Positions 37,927 through 45,912 of a stretch of DNA of 45,912 bases are shown here, one piece after another. The number at the start of each line of letters is the position of its first letter. Position 1 is the first letter of the stretch. Under the pieces are notes generated by a model. That model saw nothing but the letters and a program-made list of their open reading frames with translations, made no database searches and had not been told where the DNA came from. The position numbers and the translations under genes were made by a program. The DNA is from Elusimicrobiota bacterium (GTDB taxonomy: Bacteria; Elusimicrobiota; Elusimicrobia; UBA1565). The stretch covers positions 1 to 45,912 of the forward strand of contig JBDREN010000098.1 of the NCBI GenBank assembly GCA_043819795.1. Reading direction: 5' to 3'.

Positions 37927-37989
37927 GGGCGAGTCAGACGGGGAAAGACGCCGCTTGAGGACGTTGAGTTTGCTGAGTGACTCTCGTCC
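37927..37989. repeat. Degenerate 9-nt-period palindromic element
   Basis: gggcgagtca...ttgaggacg-ttgagtttg-ctgagtgac-tctcgtcc just after the stop at 37916. Confidence 0.4.
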
Positions 37990-38056
37990 GCCCATCCGGC
38001 CGTCCGGACGACCCGACGCCCTGGCGCTCCCCCGCGCGGTAAGCTATCATTGGCGC

Positions 38057-39059
38057 ATGGCGACAGACGACATCCTCACCAAGCCGGCCGCGCGCGCGCC
38101 CGGCCTCAAGGCCCTGGGCCTCGCGCTCCTGCTCGCTCTCGCGCCCGCGGGCGCGTTCGCGCAGTCAGGCATCAAAGACCTGCTCTGGGCCGAGACCTGG
38201 GGCAACTCCTCCTATCACTCGACCAATTTCGGCGTGGACAACGGCTCCTACCGGGAGATAGACTTTCTCCTCACGACCATCGCCACCAACGTGGGCCTGC
38301 GCTTCCCCCTGCGGGGGCACGCTCTACCTGGACCCCTACTTCAACATCGACTTCGTCGAGGACTTCGGCCACAACGCCTGGAACCACCCCTTCTGGAACA
38401 ACCACGTGAAATACGGCCCGGGCCTGCGGCTCCGCTACGAGTTCGAGAACAAGACGCCGGGCGGCAGCCCCATGCGCGTGAGGACCTTCTGGACGGGCCT
38501 CTTCTTCGAGCACATGCTCATGGTCGAGTCCCTCAACAACGCGGACGGCCGCATCCCCAACACCGTCCACTCGCGGAACTCCCGGTTCGGCAGCGAGACC
38601 TGGCTCATGATGGACACCCCCGAGCTCAATAGCTGGAGCGTCTGGTGGGAGTCCTGGACCGAGCTCATCTACAACAGGCACAACTTCAACTTCAAGAACA
38701 CGCTGCACTACTACAGCCTCGCCTTCCAGCCCCGGCTCGGCGCGCGCTACCGGTTCGACCGGCTATGGCTCCAGCCCTACTACACGTTCCGGCTCGGCCT
38801 CGACTTGGGGCGCAACCCCTGGAACCAAGTCCCGTGGTTCAACAACATCCAGCACGGCCCCGGCTTCCGGGTCCTCCTGGAGCGCTTCAAGTTCAAGCCC
38901 GGCCTGGTCGTCTACGCCTACGTCGAATCCCTGCGCGTCAACTACCTCCCCAAGGTCACGCAGGCGAGCAGGGCCAACATCTCACGCTACGACAACAGGG
39001 CCACCATCGAGTTCTGGGTGCCCTTCGGCGCCCTCAAGATGACGCCCTATGGCAGCTAA
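38057..39059 (+). pseudogene. Putative outer-membrane beta-barrel protein split by a +1 frameshift
   Basis: Signal peptide and WAETWGNSSY..TNF..NVGLRFPL in the frame of 38057; continuation TLYLDPYFNIDF...NNHVKYGPGLRLRYEF in the frame of ORF 38406; shift falls at or near the C5/G5 runs at 38305-38317; aromatic amphipathic strands. Confidence 0.7.
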
Positions 39060-41064
39060 GAGGCTCGTCCTGCTCCTCGCGGGCCTGCTTCTGGCCGCGC
39101 TCCGTCCCGCGCCCGCGCCGGCCGCGCACGACGGGAGCTACGCCCCGGAGAGCTACCTGGTCTACTACGGCCACTGGGACGACGTGCAGATCCAAAAAGC
39201 CCGGGGCTTCGACCTCATCGTCCTTCATCCCGGCAGGGACCTGACCAACATCACCAAGGCCCAGATCCAGGACCTCAAGAACGGCGCCGACGGCAAGCCC
39301 GGCACGGAAGACGACGCCAAGGTCATCACCTACATCTCCATCGGCGAGGCCGACCACATCCCGTTCGGCCCGGCCAAGCCGGGCGAGCCGGGGACCGGGC
39401 CGGTGTACTGGGACAAGGACAAGGGCATCGTGCCCATGAACAACGGGTACCCGAGCTGGCTCCTGGACCACCGCAGCTACCGCTTCGGCAAGAAGGGCTT
39501 CTACGCGTGGAAGCCCGACGGCAACCCCGACATCGTCGAGGGCCACGACGGCGTGCCCGACGAGAACGGCAGATGGGGCAGCTACTTTGTGAACGTGGGC
39601 GACCCCGGCTGGCAGAAGCTGGTCTTGGACCGCATGCGGCTCATGATCGAGAAGTTCGACCCCGACGGCTTCTTTTTGGACACCCTCGACAGCGCCTCCG
39701 AGTGGGGCGATTACGGCTGGATGCAGGAGGCCATGGCGAAGTTCGTGAGGAAGATCGGCGACGCCTTCCCGGAGCGCTACATGATCGGGAACAGGGGCTT
39801 CTACCTTCCGAAGAACTATCCGGACCTCGTGCGGCCCGCGCTCGACGGCCTCATGTTCGAGAGCTTCATCTCCGAGTGGGACTGGTACCGCAAGAAGGGA
39901 TACCTTCACAACTGGCTCACTCAGAACCACCAGATCCTGATAAAGGACGTCCTCCCCCAGGCCGGCAAGCCCGACGGGTTCCACCTCTACATGCTCAACT
40001 ACCTCGACCCCATGCAGAGCGACTTCTTCAACCTGAACGCCGACCTTTACGAGGTGCTCAAGGGCGTGCGCTACACCTCCTACATCAGCACCCCGGACCT
40101 TCAGAAGATCTTCCCAAAGCCGGAGGCCTACTACTCGAAGGAAAAGGCGGCCGCGCTCCCCGAGATCAAGACCTTCGCCATCGGCGAGATCGGCAAAGGC
40201 CGCTACATGGCCTCCATCGAGGCCGCGTCCGACGATCCCGGCCTTACGTTCGGGAAGGACGTGTTCGTGGACCTGCGCTACAGCGCGGACAAGCTCCCCG
40301 AAAACGAGCTCCTGCTCGCCAGTCGCGTGGAGATCGACTACGACCTGCTCCCGGTCGAGAAAAGGGAAGGCGGCTACGCCGTCACCGTGGACTCTTTCGG
40401 CCTGCATGACTTCAAGGAGTACTACTTCTACCTCAAGCTCATCGGCCGCCACCCCGAGGTCCGCACCCCGGTCAAGCGCGCGATCCTGGTCACCAAGGGC
40501 GGCAAGCACCCGGACGTCGTGACCGACCTCAAGGCCGAGGGAAGGGAGAAATCGGTCGTCCTGAGCTGGAAGACCTCTCAGGAAGGCGTCGAGCGCTACA
40601 ACGTCTACATGGGGGCCCACCCGCAGGTGCTCACTAAGGTGGACACGGTGAGCGAGCGCGAGGCCGTGGTCCGCGAGCTCAGGAACCTGGAGGTCTACTA
40701 TTTCTCGGTCTCGGCCGTGGACAAAGACGGCGCCGAAGGCGGCCTGGCCTACCCGGTCCCCGCCGCCCCCAGGAAATCCGCCCAGCCGCTTCCTCCAAAG
40801 GGACTGACCGTCAAGCCCGCGGACGGCCACGGCCTCTTCATCAAATGGAAGCCCTCCCCGGACGAGCAGCTCGCCGGCTACCGGGTCTACTGCTTCCGCT
40901 CGGACCGCCGCCTGAGGCTGCCGCTCAAGGTGGACAAAAAGCTCAACGAGCTCACCATCCCCGGCCTGGAGCCCGGGAAGAAGTACACCGTCTTCGTGAC
41001 CGCGGTGGACTTCGACAACATCCAGAGCCCCCCGGGCAAGCGCCGCAAAGCCAAAGTAAGATAG
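39049..41064 (+). CDS. Secreted endo-alpha-1,4-polygalactosaminidase-like (GH114/GH166 PelA-type) hydrolase with two C-terminal FN3 domains
   Basis: Signal peptide; YLVYYG, FDLIVL, VITYISIGE, NGRWGSYFVN...W, DGFFLDTLD, IGNRGF, DGLMFESF; FN3 motifs VVLSW...YNVY...YYFSVSAVD and IKW...GYRVY...GLEPGKKYTVFVTAVD. Confidence 0.85.
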   Translation: MAAKRLVLLLAGLLLAALRPAPAPAAHDGSYAPESYLVYYGHWDDVQIQKARGFDLIVLHPGRDLTNITKAQIQDLKNGADGKPGTEDDAKVITYISIGEADHIPFGPAKPGEPGTGPVYWDKDKGIVPMNNGYPSWLLDHRSYRFGKKGFYAWKPDGNPDIVEGHDGVPDENGRWGSYFVNVGDPGWQKLVLDRMRLMIEKFDPDGFFLDTLDSASEWGDYGWMQEAMAKFVRKIGDAFPERYMIGNRGFYLPKNYPDLVRPALDGLMFESFISEWDWYRKKGYLHNWLTQNHQILIKDVLPQAGKPDGFHLYMLNYLDPMQSDFFNLNADLYEVLKGVRYTSYISTPDLQKIFPKPEAYYSKEKAAALPEIKTFAIGEIGKGRYMASIEAASDDPGLTFGKDVFVDLRYSADKLPENELLLASRVEIDYDLLPVEKREGGYAVTVDSFGLHDFKEYYFYLKLIGRHPEVRTPVKRAILVTKGGKHPDVVTDLKAEGREKSVVLSWKTSQEGVERYNVYMGAHPQVLTKVDTVSEREAVVRELRNLEVYYFSVSAVDKDGAEGGLAYPVPAAPRKSAQPLPPKGLTVKPADGHGLFIKWKPSPDEQLAGYRVYCFRSDRRLRLPLKVDKKLNELTIPGLEPGKKYTVFVTAVDFDNIQSPPGKRRKAKVR

Positions 41065-41175
41065 GTGTCTGGCGTTGCTTTGTTGCGTTATTTGCGTTGT
41101 TGTCACCGGTGATAGGCCCTGGAGCCTGTCTGAGCCTCAATAGTTCAATAAGACAACAAGTTAACTCCTGACACC
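41064..41175. repeat. GGTGTCTGG...CCTGACACC element with 9-nt-period interior
   Basis: Begins on the G of the TAG stop; gttgctttg-ttgcgttat-ttgcgttgt on the left, ctcaatagt-tcaataaga-caacaag on the right; ends ttaactcctgacacc. Confidence 0.65.
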
Positions 41176-41184
41176 CCCGCCTCG

Positions 41185-41279
41185 CTGACAATTATTTTTT
41201 TAGCATTCTTTTATCAGCGCTTTTTCTTTCTAGTAGTCAGCGATTGTCCTTGAAATGTCAGCACGCCGGGACCTATACT
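41185..41279 (+). promoter_or_regulatory. Sigma70-type promoter with conserved upstream operator architecture (copy 3)
   Basis: TTGAAA 41250-41255, 18 nt, TATACT 41274-41279; AGTCA/TGTCC/TGTCA at 41235, 41245, 41256; inverted CTGAC at 41185. Confidence 0.75.
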
Positions 41280-41331
41280 ACAGTGGCAGGGGCGATCCGG
41301 GCTTGATGTCGGCAATGTGCCAGGGGGAAGC

Positions 41332-44300
41332 ATGAAATCAAGAATCATGGTCGGCGCGGTTCTGCTTTGCGCGGGGCTCTTCGCCGCGGCGCTCGCTTGT
41401 CCCACGGCGGCGAGAGCCGCTGAAAACGCGGCCGACGCGCATACCGTCGCGCTCTGGCATTTGAACGAGGGCACCGGGGGCATCGCCTATGACGCGAGCG
41501 GCAACGGCAACCACGCGACGATCTACGGCGCGGACTGGACCGACGGCATGTTCGGGTCCGCCCTCAGCTTCAACGGCAGCGGCGACTACGCCGAAACCTC
41601 TCCCATCGCGATGGACGTGACGGTCGTCACTCTGGAGGCCTGGATCAAGACGACCAACGCCGGCAGCGGCCGCAGGAGGATCGTCAGCTATCAGAGACCC
41701 GCCTGGGCGTACGATTACTGGCTCCTGTCGCTCTACAACAACTATTTGGAGCTGGCCTACGGCAAGGCGGGATCGGGCACCGAGTACCTCGTCCCCGACA
41801 CCTCCGCCCTGCTGGACGACAATGAATGGCACCATGTCGCGGTGTCGAAGGACAGCGACGGCACGACGAAGTGGTATGTCGACGGGGTCAACACGAAGAC
41901 GGACTCCACCCCCAACGTGCTCGACATCGGGATGCAGAGCATCCGGCTGGGGGCGGCCCCCGCCGAGTATTTCAACGGGGTGATCGACGAGGTCAGGGTC
42001 TCGAACGTGACGCGGACGCCGGAAGAGATAGCGCAAAGCGCCGGCCTGGCCGACACCGACGGCGACGGCGTCATATGGGATAACTGCCCGGACGTCGCCA
42101 ACCCGGGCCAGGAGGACGGCGATTCCGACGGCGTGGGCGACGCGTGCGACAACTGTCCGGCCGACCACAATCCGGACCAGGCGGACGCCGATTCCGACGG
42201 CCTCGCCAACGCCTGCGACAATTGTCCGGCCCACCACAATCCGGACCAGGCGGACGCCGATGCGGACGGGGTGGGCGACGTGTGCGACTTCGGAGGGCCG
42301 GCCGCCGACGCGCATACCGTCGCGCTCTGGCACTTGAACGAGGGCTCCGGGGGCGTCGCCTATGACGCGAGCGGCAACGGCAACCATGCGACGATCTATG
42401 GCGCGGCCTGGACGACCGGTATATATGGGTCCGCCCTCAATTTTAGCGGCAGCGGCGACTACGCCGAATCCCCTCCCGTCGAGATGGACGTGACGGCCGT
42501 CACCATAGAGGCCTGGATCAAGACGACCGACGCCGGCAGCGGCCGCAGGAGGATCGTCAGCTATCAGAAACCCGGCTGGGCGTATGATTACTGGTTCATG
42601 GCGCTCAATAGCAACTATCTGGAGCTGGCATACGGCAAGGCGGGATCGGGCACCGAATACCTCGTCCCCGACGCGTCCGCCCTCTTGAACGACGATCAAT
42701 GGCATCATGTCGCCGTATCAAAGGACAGCGCCGGCACGACGAGGTGGTATGTCGACGGAGTCAACACGAAGACGGACGCCACCGCCAACATACTCGATAT
42801 CGGGGTCCAACACATCAGGCTGGGGGCGGCTCCCGCCGAATACTTCCGCGGGGTGATCGACGAGGTCAGGGTCTCAAACGTGGCGCGGGCGCCGGAAGAG
42901 ATAGCGGAAAACGCCGGCTTGACCGATGCCGACGGCGACGGCGTCATCTGGGATAACTGCCCGGACGTCGCCAATCCGGGCCAGGAGGACGCCGACGGGG
43001 ACGGCGTGGGCGACGCCTGCGACAACTGTCCGGCGGACCACAATCCGGACCAGGCGGACTTCGATGCCGACGGGCTCGCCAACGCCTGCGACAACTGTCC
43101 GGCGGACCCCAATCCGGGCCAGGCGGACGCCGATGAGGACGGCGTGGGCGACGTCTGCGACTTCGGAGGACCGGCCGCCGACGCGCATACGGTCGCCTTC
43201 TGGCGCTTCGACGAGGGCTCCGGAAGCGTCGCCAATGACGCGAGCGTCAACGGCAACCACGCGACGATCCATGGCGCGGTCTGGACGGTCGGCAGGTCCG
43301 GCTTCGCCCTCAGCTTCAACGGCAGCGGCGACTACGCCGAATCCCCTCCCGTCGCGATGGACGTGACGGCCGTCACCATCGAGGCCTGGATCAAGACGAC
43401 CGGCGCCGGCAGCGGCCGCAGGAGGATCGTCAGCTACCAGAAGCCCGGCTGGGCGTACGACTACTGGTTTATGTCTCTCTACAACGACTACCTGGAGCTG
43501 GCGTACGGCAAGGCGGGATCGGGCACCGAATACCTCGTGCCCGACACATCCGCTCTCTTCAACGACGATCAATGGCACCATGTCGCGGTGACGAAGGACG
43601 GCGCCGGCACGACGAAGTGGTATGTCGACGGGGTCAACACGAAGACGGACGCCACCGCCAACGTGCTCGACATCGGGACCCAGAACATCCGGATCGGGGC
43701 GGCGCCCGCCGAGTATTTCCACGGAGTGATCGACGAGGTCCGGGTCTCGAACGTGACCAGGACGCCGGAAGAGATCGCGCAGAACGCCGGCCTCGTCGAC
43801 ACCGACGGCGACGGCGTCGTGAACGACAACTGCCCGGACGTCGCCAATCCGGATCAGCAGGACGCCGACGGCGACGGCGTGGGCGACGCGTGCGACAACT
43901 GCCCGGACGCCGCCGATCCGAACCAGGCGGACGCGGACGGCGACGGCGTGGGCGACGCATGCGACAACTGCCCCGGGACCCCGAACCCGGACCAGGCGGA
44001 CGGCGACGGCGACGGCATGGGCGACCCGTGCGACCACGGAGGGCTGCCCGCCGACGAGCACACCGTCGCGCTCTGGCACTTCGACGAGGGCGCCGGCGAC
44101 GTCGTCCATGACGCGAGCGGCAACGGCAACGACGGATCGATCCTCGGCGACCCGGCGTGGACGCAGGGCAAGCTCGGCTACGCGCTCGACTACGACGGTG
44201 TGGACGACTTCGTGGAGGTGCCCGATTCCGCGAGCCTGAGCCTCTCCGACGCCATCACCATCGAGTTCTGGATCTATCCGGATGTGGTGTACGTCGACCA

Positions 44301-45912
44301 CCATATCTACAGCGTCCATTCCAGCTGCAGCTTCCACCCCTGGCTCATCGGCACGTGGTATGACGGCAATCTCGTGTTCCGGATCAACGACTACGCGCTC
44401 TTCACCCCGTCCGGCACATTCGGCACCCCGAACAAGTGGTACCACGTGGCGGCGACCTTCGACGTGGCGGAGGGCATGAAGATCTACGTGGACGGGGTGC
44501 TGATCGCCGAGAACGGTTACAGCGCCCAGATCTGCCAGGCGAGCGGCGATTCGCACCGGATCGCCGCCCGGTTCACGAGCCCCGATGTCACCGTCGTCGA
44601 CGGGATCCTCGACGAGATGAGAATCTCGGACGTGGCGAGGACGGTCGATGAGATAAGAGTGAGCGCCGGTTGGACCGACGCCGACGGCGACGGCGTCATT
44701 GACGCGACCGACAACTGCCACGACACCTCCAATCCGGACCAGGCGGACGCCGATTCCGACGGGGCGGGCGACGCGTGCGACGCCTGCCCCAACGACGCGG
44801 GCGACGACGCGGACGGCGACGGCCTGTGCGCCGACGCGGACAACTGCCCCGGGACCCCGAACCCGGACCAGGCGGACGAGGACGGCGACGGCATAGGCGA
44901 CCCGTGCGACCACGGAGGGCTGCCCGCCGACGAGCACACCGTCGCGCTCTGGCACTTCGACGAGGGCGCCGGCGACGTCGTCCATGACGCGAGCGGCAAC
45001 GGCAACGACGGGTCGATCCTCGGCGGCGCGACGTGGACGCAGGGCAAGCTGGGCTACGCGCTCGACTACGACGGCGCGGACGACTTCGTGGAGGTGCCCG
45101 ACTCGCAAAGCCTGAGCCTCTCCGACGCCATCACCATCGAGTTCTGGATCTATCCGGACGCGGTGAGCATCGACCACCACATCTACGGCGTCCATTCCAG
45201 CTGCAGCTACCACCCCTGGCTCATCGGCTCATGGTACGACGGCAACCTCGTCTTCCGGATCAATGATTCCCCTCTCTACACCCCGTCCGGCACGTTCGGC
45301 ACCCCGAACAAGTGGTACCACGTGGCGGCGACGTTCGACGTAGCGGAGGGCATGAAGGTCTACGTGGACGGGGTGCTGGTCGCTCAAAACGGCTACAGCG
45401 CCCCGATCTGCCAGGCGAGCGGCGATTCGCACCGGATCGCCGCCCGGTTCTCGAGCCCCGACGCCAACATCTTCGACGGCCTCATCGACGAGATGCGCAT
45501 CTCCGACGTGGCGCGGACGGCGAACGAGATAGCGCTGAGCGCCGGCCTGGAGGACACCGACGGCGACGGCGTCTTTGACGGGGCCGACAACTGCCCCGAC
45601 ACGTCCAACCCGGACCAGGCCGACGCCGATTCCGACGGCCTCGGCGACGCGTGCGACGCGTGCCCCAACGACGCGGGCGATGACGCGGACGGCGACGGCT
45701 TGTGCTCCGACGCGGACAACTGCCCCGGGACCCCGAACCCGGACCAGGCGGACGCCGACGGCGACGGCATGGGCGATCCGTGCGACCGCGCAGGCCTGCC
45801 CGCCGACGAGCACACCGTCGCGCTCTGGCACTTCGACGAGGGCGCCGGCGACGTCGTCCATGACGCGAGCGGCAACGGCAACGACGGATCGATCCTCGGC
45901 GACCCGGCGTGG
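41332..45912 (+). CDS. Giant secreted LamG/TSP3 tandem-repeat protein, 3'-truncated by the window (>=1527 aa)
   Basis: Not in the ORF track because no stop occurs in the window. ATG 41332 [29 protein letters not shown] signal peptide; repeated TVALWH.NEG...G.IDEVRVS LamG domains separated by TSP3 repeats; unit lengths are multiples of 3. Confidence 0.9.
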   Translation, partial: MKSRIMVGAVLLCAGLFAAALACPTAARAAENAADAHTVALWHLNEGTGGIAYDASGNGNHATIYGADWTDGMFGSALSFNGSGDYAETSPIAMDVTVVTLEAWIKTTNAGSGRRRIVSYQRPAWAYDYWLLSLYNNYLELAYGKAGSGTEYLVPDTSALLDDNEWHHVAVSKDSDGTTKWYVDGVNTKTDSTPNVLDIGMQSIRLGAAPAEYFNGVIDEVRVSNVTRTPEEIAQSAGLADTDGDGVIWDNCPDVANPGQEDGDSDGVGDACDNCPADHNPDQADADSDGLANACDNCPAHHNPDQADADADGVGDVCDFGGPAADAHTVALWHLNEGSGGVAYDASGNGNHATIYGAAWTTGIYGSALNFSGSGDYAESPPVEMDVTAVTIEAWIKTTDAGSGRRRIVSYQKPGWAYDYWFMALNSNYLELAYGKAGSGTEYLVPDASALLNDDQWHHVAVSKDSAGTTRWYVDGVNTKTDATANILDIGVQHIRLGAAPAEYFRGVIDEVRVSNVARAPEEIAENAGLTDADGDGVIWDNCPDVANPGQEDADGDGVGDACDNCPADHNPDQADFDADGLANACDNCPADPNPGQADADEDGVGDVCDFGGPAADAHTVAFWRFDEGSGSVANDASVNGNHATIHGAVWTVGRSGFALSFNGSGDYAESPPVAMDVTAVTIEAWIKTTGAGSGRRRIVSYQKPGWAYDYWFMSLYNDYLELAYGKAGSGTEYLVPDTSALFNDDQWHHVAVTKDGAGTTKWYVDGVNTKTDATANVLDIGTQNIRIGAAPAEYFHGVIDEVRVSNVTRTPEEIAQNAGLVDTDGDGVVNDNCPDVANPDQQDADGDGVGDACDNCPDAADPNQADADGDGVGDACDNCPGTPNPDQADGDGDGMGDPCDHGGLPADEHTVALWHFDEGAGDVVHDASGNGNDGSILGDPAWTQGKLGYALDYDGVDDFVEVPDSASLSLSDAITIEFWIYPDVVYVDHHIYSVHSSCSFHPWLIGTWYDGNLVFRINDYALFTPSGTFGTPNKWYHVAATFDVAEGMKIYVDGVLIAENGYSAQICQASGDSHRIAARFTSPDVTVVDGILDEMRISDVARTVDEIRVSAGWTDADGDGVIDATDNCHDTSNPDQADADSDGAGDACDACPNDAGDDADGDGLCADADNCPGTPNPDQADEDGDGIGDPCDHGGLPADEHTVALWHFDEGAGDVVHDASGNGNDGSILGGATWTQGKLGYALDYDGADDFVEVPDSQSLSLSDAITIEFWIYPDAVSIDHHIYGVHSSCSYHPWLIGSWYDGNLVFRINDSPLYTPSGTFGTPNKWYHVAATFDVAEGMKVYVDGVLVAQNGYSAPICQASGDSHRIAARFSSPDANIFDGLIDEMRISDVARTANEIALSAGLEDTDGDGVFDGADNCPDTSNPDQADADSDGLGDACDACPNDAGDDADGDGLCSDADNCPGTPNPDQADADGDGMGDPCDRAGLPADEHTVALWHFDEGAGDVVHDASGNGNDGSILGDPAW
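41431..45912 (+). repeat. Intragenic tandem repeats: three 873-bp type A units, then 876-bp type B units
   Basis: Unit starts (gccgacgMgca) at 41431, 42304, 43177, 44050, 44926 and 45802. Confidence 0.92.

Noticed and set aside
23..41175. CRISPR array interpretation of the recurring palindromes
   Set aside because: Copies are dispersed kilobases apart, not regularly spaced direct repeats with spacers; no cas genes
184..45881. Numerous long antisense or alternate-frame ORFs (e.g. 184-2229, 4578-7067, 25520-28039, 39034-41106, 42874-45213)
   Set aside because: Shadow ORFs expected in high-GC3 DNA; they overlap well-supported genes and carry no motifs

Overview
High-GC bacterial chromosomal segment. 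The lineage cannot be fixed from sequence alone; the style of the hypothetical proteins loosely suggests an Elusimicrobiota-like genome, which is a weak inference. The left third holds housekeeping and regulatory genes: recG, metH, coaD, an ECF sigma factor with a zinc anti-sigma, an esterase, an SDR and a HAD nucleotidase. The middle is a polyphosphate cluster (divergent ychF paralogue, CHAD, sixA, ppk1, class II ppk2/pap, ROK kinase). The rest is dominated by large secreted repeat proteins: a beta-helix/TSP3 protein, a 1406-aa LamG/TSP3 mosaic, and a >1527-aa LamG/TSP3 tandem protein that runs off the window end and is absent from the ORF track. A frameshifted putative beta-barrel gene is paired with a GH114/PelA-like glycoside hydrolase. 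Four signals stand out beyond the gene list. (1) One composite promoter/operator architecture recurs in front of three unrelated secreted-protein genes: CTGAC-N45/46(AT-rich)-GTCAG plus ~11-bp-periodic TGTCA-like repeats straddling a -35 box. (2) A dispersed family of palindromic intergenic elements has GGYGTCAGG...CCTGACRCC ends and 9-nt-periodic interiors. (3) Five passenger domains are inserted at the same register inside TSP3 repeats. (4) Two pseudogenes carry internal deletions. No rRNA, tRNA, CRISPR array, integrase, transposase or reverse transcriptase was seen.
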